Of a stretch of DNA of 64,000 nt, positions 12,629-26,045 are shown one piece after another. The position numbers were made by a program, and so were the translations under genes. Every line of letters begins with the position of its first letter. The stretch's first letter is position 1. The stretch comes from Spizellomyces punctatus DAOM BR117 (taxonomy: Eukaryota). The notes under the pieces were generated by a model. It did not search any database, was not told where the DNA came from, and saw only the letters and a list, made by a program, of their open reading frames with translations. Location of the stretch: the NCBI GenBank assembly GCA_000182565.2, contig KQ257455.1, one strand, 5' to 3'.

Positions 12629-13263
12629 TTAATCTGCGGTTTGGACCGCACTGGCCCCCTCAGCGCCTTCTGGCTTCGTCTCCCACGGCTTTCTTCTTGG
12701 TGCTAAATGACTCTCACTAGGAGGAGCCTCATTGATCTTATTCGGTATCGTTCGTATTCCCGGAACTTCCTCCCCTCTTGCGACCATCTCGCAAAGTTCC
12801 TGAAAGCTGCGTGGATATTGGGGCTCTGAAACTTTCTGTTCAGAGGGTTGCGGTAATATATCGTTCTTTTCCTCCTTCTCGCCTGTCGAGCTTTGGCTGG
12901 CTACAGTTGGCATTATGTCATTGGACATATCCGGAGAGGGAGACGCCGAACTTTGGTCAGTTTTCCACTTTAGATATTGTAGGTAATTTATCGGACGAAA
13001 GAACCTATCAATAGGCGAGCGGGAGTGGTAGTTGTTAAATCGAATACATCTAAACGAAGAAAGCTCCAGATGCCTTACTTGGAGTAATAGAAGCATTTTG
13101 CTTTCTCAATAGCTTCCTCTTTCTTTGCGGAATCGTCATACGATTTCGTCAGTATGGACTGTAAGCCTTGCTGGAACCGTTGGTCCTTGTCCCAATTGTA
13201 AGCAGTAAACTCTCTAAAGATGGCATCTGGAGATGATGATGTGTGAGACTGAGTGGCCGACAT
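12629..13263 (-). CDS. PEX39: PEX39-like (DUF5572/C6orf226 family) peroxisomal PTS2 import factor, 2 exons
   Basis: FTAYNWDKDQRFQQGL...KAKCFYYS; YPRSFQELCEMVARGEEVPGIRTIP; C-terminal PRRKPWE motif. Confidence 0.78.
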
Positions 13264-13418
13264 GTCTGGAGAAGAAAGGTTTGAAATTCAAAAGCTGCAT
13301 CATCATCCAAAGTATGAATGACTCACGCGATCAGGGCAATTTGAACTTTGGAGATCACCAGAATTGTTTCTTTGGCGTCTTCTTTGTTGCTCTCCAACTA
13401 CCTCAAACTCTCCAAATC

Positions 13419-14355
13419 ATGTTCACTGGCATTGTTGAAACCATGGGGACGATCGCAGAGATTGTCCCAATGGATACCACCTCGTCTGGTGGAGGTGGTT
13501 TCTCCATGACCATTGGTAATGCCGATGTGGTCCTCTCAGACGTGCATATCGGCGACAGCATTGCGGTGAACGGTATGTCCATCTCATTAAGCAGGGTACA
13601 GCCCACTTGGAATCGATCCTTAAGTTTGCGTACCATAGGTGTATGTCTGACGGTCACAGAGTACAATGACGCTAGGACTTCATTCAAAGTAGGCATTGCG
13701 CCAGAGACCATACGGAAGACCAATTTTGGTCTGTAAATGACTATGATGGCTTTCTTTAGACTATTTGTTAATGCCATTTTTCAAATCAACAGGCGATCTG
13801 AAGACTGGGGAGAAGGTCAACCTTGAGAGAGCAATGTTGGCGAGTACCCGGTTCGGTGGACACTTTGTTCAGGTAAACTCTTGAGGGTTTCCAAGACATA
13901 TCTGGCACTGTGATTGACCCGGCTCATTGCGGATAAAGGGGCACGTTGACACAACAGTGCGAATACATTCCATAACACCTGACCCGCCAAACTCACTCAT
14001 AATGCGGTTTACCGTACCCAAACCATCTGAAACTGGCAACATCGATTATCTGCGGTACATCATACCGAAGGGTTTTATCTCGCTGGACGGGACATCGCTA
14101 ACAGTCGTCGACGTTGACAATGCCGATCGCACGTTTTCTGTAATGTTGATTGCGCATACGCAACAACATGTCATACTCCCTCAAAAGAAACCTGGTGAGA
14201 AGGTGAATGTGGAGGTAGATCAAGTCGGCAAATATGTCGAGAAAGTGGCGGTGGGAATGCTTCAAGGGAATGGGGAAGGAGACAGCGTCTTCTCTGAGAT
14301 GATAAAGAAAATAGTAGACGACCGCGTTAAACAACTACTCTCTGCGACGCAATAG
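13419..14355 (+). CDS. RIB5: Riboflavin synthase alpha chain, multi-exon
   Basis: MFTGIVE N-terminus, GDSIAVNGVCLTV, VNLERA, GGHFVQGHVD, KGFISLDGTSLTV, VNVEVD. Confidence 0.97.
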
Positions 14356-14450
14356 TGGTTGTATGCATCATTACTACGGGAATGCGTATCTATTTTACGA
14401 ACGCCTATGTGATAAGATATTCATACTTTTGCTATCATACATTCAACTTG

Positions 14451-15827
14451 TTACATCAAAATCTCATTGTGCTGGCTTGCTTTGATATCCTTGTGTGGCA
14501 AAACAATGCAATTCCGAATCGCAATCTCGTCTGCAATGGTCACGTCCTTGCCCAGAATCGTAGCAGAAGGGATCTTGTAACCCTTGACAGTGGTATTCAA
14601 GGCTGTACTCTCCCCTGGGGCGCCTTCTACACGCGACCAGCTTCCCACCTTCGAGTCCCAGCCGATCACAGAGTTTAGAATACACGAGTCATTTTTGATC
14701 TCGACATTGTCCAGCAGGATGGAATCACGCACACGCACACCGCGTCCAATCAGAACACGGGGGCCAATACTGACGTTAGGTCCAAGTCTGGCCGAGGGGT
14801 GGATGATAGCAGTTGGGTGAATGTAGGCGGGTTGAATCACTTCTGCAACTCCCTCGTCCGCTTTGTTCGTGATGTCGCTCAAGGACGGCTTGGGTGCGTT
14901 AGACAGCTTTCGTGGCGCGGTATGGAAGAAGTGCTGAAGATACAACCGGTTCGCAGGGATGACTGAACTCCCTGTCTTGATCTGCATCCAAAAGTCTTTG
15001 CCAGGCACACACACGTACGCGTAAAGCTTCTTGGCGGAGGTGAGCAAGCTAAGAACTTCTTGCTCAAGTTGAATTCGCTCTGATCCGCCTCGGATAGTAG
15101 AGTCGTCGATGCCCTGCTCCTCGAGCTTAGCTTGCCTCTGATCTATTGCCGCCCGCACCACCTCAAAAATCTCCTTGCGGAAGAGGTAAATACCACAGGA
15201 GATCATGTCCGAAAGGAAGGACTCTGGTTTTTCCACAAAATGAAGCACTTCGTGGGTTTCTGGATTGGCGACTACACATCCAAACTTTGACACCAAAGAT
15301 CGGTCAACTCTAATTCCCAAAATCGTGCTCACACCCTGATGCTTCAGGTGAAAGTCGAGCATGGCCTGCAATGGGAAGGAGGACGCGATGTCGGCATTGA
15401 GAACAAAGATTTGGTCAGGATCTCCACGGCTGATTTGATCACGGAAGTGGAAGAGACCGCCACCTGTACCAAGTGCCTGATACTCTCGTAGATATCTGGC
15501 GTTCACAATTTTTCAGTTAATACAAGCATGTCTTGCTGAATATCACCAAAGAGTCAAATGAGGCACTAACCTAATGGGCACATTTGGAAATTCCATTTGG
15601 ATCTCTGTCAAGAACCGATCAAAGATGCTGTTCTCAAAGAACCCAACAATTAAAATCTCCTTCATTCCAGGGAGCTTCGCGAGTGCCGCCACATGATGGA
15701 AAATCATTGGGCGTCCAGCAATTGGAAAGAGGGGCTTCGGACAGTCCATCGACAATGGTCTAAACCGAGTGCCCACCGACGGGCCACCAACAAGGATGAC
15801 TCCTTTGAGACTTGGAGTGGTCGCCAT
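14451..15827 (-). CDS. GMPPA: Mannose-1-phosphate guanyltransferase alpha-type subunit (GMPPA/Mpg2-like), 2 exons
   Basis: ILVGGPSVGTRFRPLS..CPKPLFPIAG with the alpha-type insertion in the GGxGTR loop; C-terminal hexapeptide beta-helix; RNCIVLPHK. Confidence 0.9.
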
Positions 15828-16127
15828 TAGATAGGAGGTAACAGTGCTGTCACGATAAGATGGAGTGAATTTTCACGTTCCTTTTCAAAAAGCCTGGCGT
15901 CCAACAAGCAGATATCTGTCTGGCCAATACGCTGATTCGAAACATCGCGCACTTACCAAAGAGTGGACGTTAGCTGTGGAGGTTTGATGAGAGATGGCAA
16001 TTTGCAGATGGACGGTGAAAGCTGCCGTCGCGTCAGGGCAAGTCTTACACGTGCAGCCGCGCCACATTTGGACTACCGGCCGCGCATTGGTTTTTGGAAG
16101 AACTCGCCAACGCAATTCGCAAAACAA

Positions 16128-17653
16128 ATGACACCGCCAGAGATCGTTTCGCCTTCGTTTATCCTGCGAGGACACACCGCACCCGTCTTGTGCTTGGACT
16201 TGTGCTCTAAAGCGACGGCCTCCAAAGTAGCGTCGGGGGCGGAAGACGGTACAGCGAGAGTTTGGTAAATATCGGTAATGGGCTGTACTCGGGTACACCT
16301 TACTTATTAGCCTCATGACCAGGGACATTGCTACGGCCAAATGCGTTCGAGGCTTGAGGGGGCTTGAAGAGAATACTGAAGTGTCAAGTGTTTGTTTTTC
16401 TGGGGACGACCTGCTGTATGTCGCTGCTGGCCACCAGGTACCGCGAGACATGTGGTCAAATTTCTGAAGCTTGGTCTGCTAACATGCAAGTGTCCAGGTG
16501 CGGCTATTTGACCTCAGAAGTCCTGGCCTTGTTTTGAACCAATCGACTCAGATCGGTGTTTCTGCAGAGGATGAAATAAATCATGTATGCTTCATGTCAA
16601 CTACAGCCCGTATATGTGAAAATTCAAGAACTCAGTGCCCGCTGATGTAAAAGAGTACTAGATCGCCTTGAACGAGAAACGAACCTTTTTGGCGACAGCT
16701 GACGATAGCGGACATGTAACCGTGACGGATCTACGCACAACTCGAGTATTCAAACGCTTCCGCCAGCGTCATGAAAACGTATGCACTGCATGGCGTGTCG
16801 TCAAGGGCTTCCTGCCGATTTTATGTTGAAGTACCACCTTCTTCTAGTTAGCCACATGCGTTCGATTTCAGCCAAACAGATCTTGGGACGTGTGGAGTGG
16901 GGGAATGGACAGCACGCTAATTCACTGGGATTTTTCGAAAGGCTGTCCTGTCGAACAATTTCCTTTTGGTAATGTCTTATTGTATTGCTATTGTAATAGT
17001 TTTCAAGCTAATCGGATGTCGTCAGCTACATCTGAACAATCGCAAAGCGCACAATCTGTCAACCCTCCCTTTGTGCATTCCCTCGAGTTTTCACCTGATG
17101 CCCGTTTACTTGCGGCCGGTCTTGGGGATGGTTCGGTAGCACTCCTCAATGTCAGTGGCAAGAAAAACGCCGATGCAGAGCGATCGACGCGGAAAGGCAG
17201 GTCGAGTTCTGCTTTGAAAGCTCGGTTAATGGATGGGCATAGCTGGGCTGTTAGCGCTGTGTGAGTATGGTGTCAGTTCACAGCCTGGCCTGGGACTCTG
17301 TATTCACTTGATTCTCTGACAGAACATTTCCACGTTGTGAGCGGGGACCACTACTATCGGGGGGAATTGACGGCAATATTGTACTGTGGGATATTCCAGC
17401 AAGCGATGGAGAAGGGGAAGGCGTCATTAAGCGGCGCTTGCATATAGGACGTAAAACTAATTGCCTAACTTCAGCATTTTGCTCTGCTCGAGGTTCTACA
17501 GAGGCAGCAAAGGACTCAACAAACCAGGCCGACGAATCGTTCCTAGTCTTTGGGGGAGGCACCTTGCTACCGGGACAACGCATAACAGACACCGGAAAGC
17601 GTTCTGAAGGAGATATTGACGTGTTTGCAGTTTCATGGCCTGGATCAACGTGA
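16128..17653 (+). CDS. WD40 repeat protein (WDR53-like), multi-exon
   Basis: LRGHTAPVLCLD, SGAEDGTARVWD, EDEINH, LATADDSG, WSGGMDS, VNPPFVHSL, LSGGIDG. Confidence 0.8.
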
Positions 17654-17914
17654 CTCGGGATTTGATGACATTTAGTATCATCCATCTGCTCTTGTAGAGT
17701 GGCATTTTACGCATAGCAGGAACTCGTCTGATGCATACCAATGCAAGTGGCACATGCCCTACTACTCTAGTTCTCCAGATTGAGAGATAGAATCCTAGTC
17801 TATGTACAAGTGTGCTAAAAACAAAATCCCCTTGCCATTGGCCTTCGCCACTCCATATGCCAGCATATTGTATCCCAAACGGTATACTCGTTTAATGAGC
17901 AGCTTAGCAGGATA

Positions 17915-18967
17915 TCAATTACTCTGAGTATCATCGTCAAAGAAGTCCATGGATGTATCGGGAGGACGAGTAGCTCGGGATACACTATTCGATCGAGCTA
18001 CCCGTTGTCGTGATAAGTCTCGTTTCGGTCTTATCATGCGCTTGCGTGGCGATGCCCTGTTCGGTTCCAGTCGCGGAGCTCGAGGTCTCACGACGGATCG
18101 TGGTACGGAAGAGTCAGTCGATCCACTGTCATCATCAGAATCTTGTACTTCCGTAATTCGGGGCCCTGGCGGATTCTTTGGTCGTACTTCTGAAGTGGTA
18201 TTGGCTAAATTTAATGCCACTTGCCCCTACGGGTATCTTTAGAATACTAGAAAGGGACGTGAGCTCCAACTATGCATGGACATACCGAAAGCACCGCTTG
18301 AATGATCTTGTTCCGGATGGTGTTAAATGCAGTTTGTCCCCATTGTATGACCATCTGTCTTGCTGCTTCTTGCGCCTTTCCCATTGCGCTATCAATCTCT
18401 GGTTCATGTTTTGCCAATGCTGGCTGCAGAAACTGATTGTACAGCACGAGTGATCCCTGAGCGTGTATTGAGGGAAGTAAATTTCAAGTCGCCAAGCCAA
18501 CAGAAGAATTGGAGTCTTACCTGAGTGTAAGGCAAGACCAACCATAAGATAATAATGAGCTTTAGCTCATAGTACAATGGAAGCCTGACGTAATTCGAAT
18601 GACGACAAATCAGTAACCCGCGCTCTGCGGTAGATTTCCTATTTGACTCACCAAAATAGAAGAGTATCTCCAGCAATCTCCAAGATGGTGAAAAAGCTCA
18701 TCACGATCCAATGTATGAGCCATCGGTCTAGTGCTCCTGCGTCACGGGCCTTAACAGCCTATATGAGAGAGTATCACTTAGAAATCCGACCGTTTTGAGA
18801 GAACGAGTGGGATCCTTTTCGACATACCTTGTATGAGAGGTAAGCAGGATACAGATAGCCTGCGAGATTCCTATACAAAGCCAGGGTTGAGCGACGTTTG
18901 AGGTCCCACCATGATGCTGCAAGCACACATACCCGACAACACGCGATAAATAATAAATGACAACCAT
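17915..18967 (-). CDS. REEP/DP1/HVA22 family ER-shaping protein (REEP1-4-like), multi-exon
   Basis: Spliced GYLYPAYLSYKAV...WLIHWIVMSFF...FWLPLYYELKLIIILWLVLPYTQGS..LYNQFLQP.L.KHEPEID, plus a disordered tail. Confidence 0.9.
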
Positions 18968-19687
18968 GACTACCGCAAGACGACCTTGTTTACAGCACCC
19001 TGTTGTTCGAACCCACCTTGCGTGGCGAACATGAGGGAACTCAATCCCACGATGGCTACTGGAGATGGGGCGGACGGACAGTGGTGGCTTCGAGGTCGGT
19101 GCGAGTTGGGCAAAGTTGGTCCCAATTTGGTTCCATCTGCGGACTTGGATGCTTAGCTCATGATACACGTGATTTAGTTTTTTTTTGGTTTTCAAAAGTC
19201 GCTCGGCCATCTTTTTGTTGAGCATCTCTTTAGCACTGATTTCATATCCCATCCCCCACAGGTGAGTTTATCTCAGTTCTGACAATGATGTGTGGTCGTC
19301 TGGGCGTACTCGCGCGCAGTGTAATGATTGCACAAGTTATATCCATTCTCTGACTGGGTCGCTGCCTTGCACCGCTTTTTTGGGAACGTTGGGATGAGGT
19401 TCTCTTATTTCGGCTTCCTCCTGGAAAGTTGGGGCATGGTGGGACGGGGTTGTTGAGGGGAATCAAACTTTAGAGGTGGTGGTAATTTCTGTCTTGCCGA
19501 TTGTGGGAAGATGGGGATTTTCCCTGTCTCAAGAGTAGGTTCTTTTCGTTTTCACCTTTGTTAATGGCTCAAAGACGATCTTACGGTTCTGAACATTGCG
19601 CGGGGATCCCCAGTTGACCTTCTCTGCACGCTTCAACATGCACTTTTCCTAACTCTCCTTTTCTGGCGACGTTTAGAGCCAATCACA

Positions 19688-19950
19688 ATGCATTTGATGT
19701 ACTATCTTGACGAGAGTGGCAAGCGTGTCTACACGCTAAAGAAGCTCACTCCCGAAGGTTCTGTCACCAAGTCCGCCCATCCAGGTTTGCATTATGATGG
19801 ATTCCGTGTTTTATTTTGTTAAGAGTACTGACGCAGTCCAATCTTCTAGCCCGCTTTTCCCCAGACGACAAATACTCCCGCCACCGAGTAACATTGAAGC
19901 GCCGATTCGGATTGTTACCCACACAGCAAGCGGCAAAAACCTCGTACTAG
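19688..19950 (+). CDS. NOP10: H/ACA snoRNP subunit Nop10, 2 exons
   Basis: [19 protein letters not shown]...[32 protein letters not shown]. Absent from the ORF track. Confidence 0.96.
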
Positions 19951-20547
19951 CGTAGCATGAACTCACCATATATGCGACCAGTTTGGCACGAGCGGGGACA
20001 AGCACAGGATCGTGGATCACCAGCGCTCGACTGATGACATCGACTGCTGGACGCAGTCCCGCCAATGAGAGTAGGCTGAAACTCTGTTGGGGTGGGATTC
20101 TTGGCCTGTCCCGCTTGGCAACGCTTCTTTTGTACTGTATTACTTGCATTTGATTGTATTTTTTTGTAATTAATTTATCATCAGGCTGAATTATTCCTGG
20201 TGGGCGGATGGCATCGCTTTTGAGATGATCCAACCGAATGTCCTTGCCGGCTTCATTCACCAGCCCAAGGAACGACTAGTAGTTTTGTAGTGCGTTACCC
20301 GGTCTTCAGACCGAGAAACCACACTAGCGAGCCTCTCCCTTTAGCCAAATAAACATCCACAGTCTTACGAGACTGTTTATAAATCAAAAGTTAACAACGT
20401 GTACTGAGTGCTGACGAGGAACCTTCAACCTAATTGCAGTAGACTCAAGACGATGACAACCGACACGCGAAACGTGATGGGACGTACAAGATCTGTGACG
20501 ATCATAACGCGCGAATGCACGCAACACCGCGAGGCAAGGAGCTGCAT

Positions 20548-21898
20548 ATGGGCAGCGCATTGCGCACCAAAACAACATTCGGTGTGGAAGGAGTCGGTAA
20601 GCTGCCCGTCAGTCAAGTGACTATTTTACTGTTTTCCTCATGCCCGCTACTTCCCAGGCGGAGGAGGAACTGGTTATTCTCAATATCTACCTAGGAATGA
20701 CGCCAGACTTTCGCTTTTCCCCAGTAGCCTCCCGAACGCCCCTCTGCCCGCCGCCCATGCAACCCCCTTATCAGAGCGCCCTCTCCTATGCCTCGACTTG
20801 CACCCTTCACAAAAGCATATAGTAGTCGGTTCCTCCGACCACGCGCTATATGTCCTTTCTCTACCCACTCTCAAACTCACGCGTACGCTTTACACCAAAC
20901 GCAGTGGACACACTGAGTGGGTAACATGCTGCGTCGCACTTCCGTCTGGCCGCGTTCTTTCGGGCGGAATGGACTCGAGGCTCCTCCTATGGGACGCGCA
21001 CGCGCCAGTGTGCTCCGAGCTGCGAGGGCACGACGGGTCAGTGACGAGTGTCAAAGTAGATAGAGGAGAGCGTATTGCTGTGTCCAGTTCATATGACGGG
21101 ACGGTACGTGCATGGGATTTGAATAAAGGCCGGCTAATGTCATCTTGGGGTGGCGATTTTGAGGGCAATTTGGCAAGCGGTGACTATATGGCGGCAACGA
21201 GGAATCCTATATTGGAGGTCCTATGGAGTCCGAGTGAGCAAAGTGCGGGAAACTCTGCGCCATCTGACCGATTGGTGGCATCTACAAGAGAAGGGAGATT
21301 ACTGGTTTTTGATATGGATGCAAAATCTTCTGCGCCTACAGCTGTGATTCGGGCACATAATGGTCCCGTTCGCCATGTGCTAGTGGGATCTCATCCATCA
21401 CTTATCATATCTGCGGGAAATCTGGACGGTGCAATAAAAACCTTTGATTTACGCATCCCGCCAGACCGAGGACGTTGTGTGCGCAAGATTGAAAATCTGC
21501 ATGCTGGCGGGGTGACCAACCTGGTCGCATGTGGGGACCAACTTGTTAGCACAGGAGGAGGAGACGGGACGCTAAAGGTCATGGATGGAAAATCGCTGCA
21601 AGTAACGAACACCATTATGGCGGCTCATGCACCAACTGGGTCTCCCGGAGCATCGGCATATGCAGTCTGTCCGTATCAAAACGGCATCTTGTCGTCCTGG
21701 GGGAATGGTAAATTGGTGGGCCACAATCTTGACCACGGAAAAAGGACTGTTGAGTTCGATGGCACTGCTCAAGGAATCAAAAATGCATTGAGAGCTCTTG
21801 TGGTGACAGGTAATGGAGAGGTCGGAGCTGTGATAGGAGCAGGCGATGACGGGGTCGCTGTAGGGTGGACGGCTACTCGTCAAGCAATCCCTGGCTGA
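20548..21898 (+). CDS. WD40 repeat protein, 2 exons
   Basis: Short exon MGSALRTKTTFGVEGV spliced (GTAAGC...CCCAG) in frame to the ORF with GHTEWVTC, SGGMDS.LLLWD, GHDGSV...SSSYDGTVRAWD. Confidence 0.8.
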
Positions 21899-22056
21899 AT
21901 CATCAGGGCACGAATAAACACATGTCGTACAATGCACACAGGATTTAATTTCTGCACGAATGCAACGAGGGAATATAGTAACAGATGAAGCAACCCGAAT
22001 GGCAACTACCACACACCATCATTTGCGTCCTAGGAAGCTACCCAACAATATGCCAA

Positions 22057-24299
22057 CTATTCACTATCTGACAGAAGCAAGTCACCAGCGTCCTCATCGT
22101 CGTGCACTTTCAGTCTAAACTGAGCGACTAGCGAGACGTGGTCACTTGGAACTCGAGGTGTGGGCAGCTTTCCGGTAGTTTCTTTCTCAGTCGGCGGTTT
22201 AAGGTATCGTAAACACTCAAGGACTGTCGAAGGTTTTTTAATGTTTCCTGGGTGGGAGCGAGCTTGAGCTCGCAATCCACCAATGAAAATGTAATCCATG
22301 ACTTCCTTGTCGTTCTCATGCCATGAGGTAAAATATGGCCGTTTTGTTTGGGGATCCACATATGGTGAGTACACCGACAGTAACTCAAATGGATGTCGCA
22401 CGAATCCTCCTGCCGTGTCGCGGTCCTGACGTCTCTGGAACGCTGGAGAGGCCTCCCAAGCCGTCCCTATCCACGGGGCAGAAGATTGAGTTACGGATTG
22501 AGCTGGCGGATCCTCAATGAATTCTGGAAGATCCAGATCAGCATCAATGTCCAGGTCCATTTTCACAACCTCTGAGACGGAAAAGGACTGTTGCAGATGC
22601 GTTGTTGTTTTGTGCCCCTTCTCCACTGTGATAGTGGCACTCGCACAACTTGTCGTAACCCCCATGCTCAGGGAGGACTGCTGTGACTGGCGAGGAAAGC
22701 TCGATTGCAGCAGGGGTAATAGTTGTGGCTTTTTGCCTTTTCTACTTTGCTTGTCAAATTGTCCTGACATGTTTTTAGGATCGGCGTCGGCCATATTCAT
22801 GACACCTAAGACACCAAGTCGGTTAGGATGACGTTATCGAGAAACCGTAGAAAAGATTGTTAATACCCGAAACCAAAAAATTGTAAAGAACGCTCCCCGG
22901 GTTCAAATTAAAGTCTCCGCAGAGCACTAAATGAATGGGGAAGTAGATAAGTACACCTTTTCCGGTCAATTCTGTTTACCTCCCATACCCAGCGGGACAT
23001 TGGCACCGGACTGTTTCTCATGGTCCTCAATCATTTCCTTCATGTATTGGGTCAATTTGAGAAATTGAGTAAGCTTGACGTCTCCGCGCGATGGTGACCA
23101 CAATAGATGCGTGGTAGCCACGCATATCTTCCGTCCTATGGAACAAGCTCCTTAAACGGCCCCAAATCCAACAAAGGTGTAACACTATATACCGAGGTTT
23201 GGGTCTCGAAGGATCATAATGATTGCTACGTTATCTTTGGCTGGATGATATTGGATATGTTGATAACACTCAACAAAGAACCTTTGCACAAATACTGTGA
23301 GCATCAAATGTCCATCAGTAAGCTTTCAGCAATCATTACCTCTTGGCCTTCACAAAGATCGCTACGCCGTCTGTTTTGGTTCCAGTACATCGTACATATG
23401 TGCCCTTGTACCCGTGTCGTGCAAGTTCTGGCTCGAAGAATGACCCAAAGTATCGGTCATCCACTTCCTTGGAATCGAGAGGTCAGGGACAATGACAAAA
23501 TAGCGGTTGAACAAGAGAGCAGTCTTACCTGTAGACACACAATATCACAGTTTCTGTCTAATGCCGGTTTAGTTGCTTGCTGATAGGCCGAGATCGCATG
23601 ACCGGACTGGACCGGCGACAAACGTACCAGCAATTTCCTTTACAATATTTGGTCCACGAACGGTCCACTTTAGAACTTGTTGCCCATATTGCTTTTGCTG
23701 CGATCCGTAAAGCCACGAGTGGGCATTTGCCAATGACGGGGCCAAACAGTTGTAGGTCATCAGTGTGAATGTGCAATCTAAATATCTCTTTCATTAGCAG
23801 CGTAATTGCATTAGATCCCTTTTAAATAGTGCAACATACCATTATCATCCTTCTCTGGGGGAGCATCAGGCATCCAAGTTCTCTCTAGGGGCTTGAACCG
23901 TGGTCGAACTTCTTCGTTGGGACTTGAAGATCGCCTTCTGCTTTTCGGCGAACCCTTCCGAGGGTAACTACCGGAGCGCTCAACGTCGTACTTGTTTCCT
24001 CGCGACTGTTTGGAAACATACTCTTGTCGTCGAGCGTCCCAAGCGGGGGATCTTGAACTTTCAGAGGACGAAGACTGTGAGTATCGACGGCGATGTGGAC
24101 CGGCGTCCCGCTGTGGCGTGCAAATGTCATCCTTTAGCTCTCTCGTTGTAGGTGTAGCCGAATGCCGCTCGTGCGATCGTCCTTTCCGGCTCTGCCGTGG
24201 GTGACGTCGACTAGCTTCATGGCCATGCTCGTCAGATGCGGTGCTTGTGCTACTGTACTCTCCAGTGCCCGATACTTTAGTATAATATCTGTCAGTCAT
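22057..24299 (-). CDS. Angel/Ngl/CCR4-like EEP family nuclease/phosphatase, multi-exon
   Basis: MTYNCLA, CLQEV, ATTHL, LCGDFN, MDYIF, PSDHVSL catalytic motifs; Arg/Ser-rich N-terminus. Start codon uncertain. Confidence 0.85.
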
Positions 24300-24979
24300 G
24301 TCAGAGTAGATTGATGTGATCCCAAAGGCAAGACGCTGATATGCATGAGGCTTAAAAGTTCCGTTAAACAACCTCGTCAACGACATGAACGTCGGGCAAA
24401 AGGTTGTGGGGCTCACTGATGACATGTCGATGACTAACGGGGTCACGTGCGTTATTTTTGTTTTTAAAAAGTCGATCGCCGCGCACTTTTTGGTCTCTTC
24501 AGCTTTTCTTCTCCAGCAGATGAAGATCGCCTCCATCCCTTCCTACAAGCTATGCGTGCAGTTGCCGTTGTTTTCGTAGGAAGCGATTACGATGATCTAC
24601 GTTTGCGGCAGTCTTTGCTACCAATGACATTGACATATTGGACTCTTTGGTGATGAAATAACTTGCTCCTAAACCCAGCTCTTCGAAATGCACACATTTT
24701 GTTGCGTTCGTGAGAAGGCAGTTTTTCTGAATCGAGTCGAAATGGTCTGCCATACACTCTGCTTTTTGCTCACGTCAGTGTCAAACTATGACCTGTCTGT
24801 CGAGTAGTTGAGAGCGATATGCCATATTTCATGTTACAAATGTAAATCCTATACTACAATTCTCGCGAGCACGGCCTGCCAACACGTATTGAAAAAATGA
24901 AAAACTGGCCAGTGCTCTCATGCTGCGCAAGCGATACACCATTCCTGCAGACCCATTCCACCTTTTAGCAGAACCATAT

Positions 24980-26045
24980 TCAAGGGCAATCCGGATCATC
25001 GTTCGTCATGAGCTTGGACCACTCTTTAAAGCCAACCACAAACATGACGAGGATCAATGGGAAGCTGCAAATCCCCATAACGGTTCTGACAATGGAACTG
25101 CTGATTGCGTCGACGGATGCGAGCTCCAAAACGAACCAAAGAAGCGTCAGGGCGATAAATACCCAACTCAGAATGGAAGTTCCCAGAGTGGTGCCATTCG
25201 AAAGACAAGTCCCACAACGTCCAGGTTCCGGCAGGGGCAAACCTTTGGGTTAAGAGTAACAGTTAGCGATAAACATCCACATAACAACATGGCATTCTTG
25301 ATTTGGTTCGGTCTCGTACCAGGTACATAGTGCGTAGGCGTCCGACAAGTATACGGGATAGGAACCGTAGTGAGGATTGTAGCTGCCAACAGCATCTACG
25401 CAAACCAAAGTCGATCGCAAGCACTACTGACAACGAGGACATCTGAACACTTACCAGGAAGGCATTGCGCAAAGCATCTGCAGCTTTGGCAAAACGGGGG
25501 GCCTGGGGGATTCATAGAATATGAGATGTCATTTCAAATGCACTATATGCCTCCATTTGGATGACAAGAACGCAATACGTACCCATTCACCAGCCTCCTG
25601 AGCTGCCCGGAATTCCGCAGGAGGTGTCCCTAGCAATGGGAGAGTCTCTCCTCTTTCCACAGCTTCCCCCGCACGACGCTCTATGTAAGAGGCGACATAG
25701 CGTCCGAGCAGCGTCTATTGCATTGTGACAATCGAGTTAGGGTGTACTGCTTCCACCATTGCCAGGAAAAGTTTGGATCCTCACCAAACCCCAGAGCAAG
25801 AGAAGAGTCGTCACTAGGGGAAAGTATCCCAGCACAATTATGGTTAGGCTTTGATTTCCCAATGAAAGAGAGATAAAAAATGGACATGCACCTGCAATCC
25901 ATTCTGATTTCGCATAATCATAACGGTCATAATATGGATGGGGAACAAAGAATCCAGACCGATTGGCATCCTTGTGGTGTTTGAGTAATCCGGCTTCGTC
26001 CCGGGTCACAAGGTTGGCGACAGTCCCAATGATATCGGCCGACAT
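24980..26045 (-). CDS. Uncharacterised multi-pass membrane protein, multi-exon
   Basis: ATG 26045, several exons bounded by GT/AG, and hydrophobic segments (FPLVTTLLLLWGLV; ILSWVFIALTLLWFVL; VMGICSFPLILVMFVVGF). No family recognised. Confidence 0.55.
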
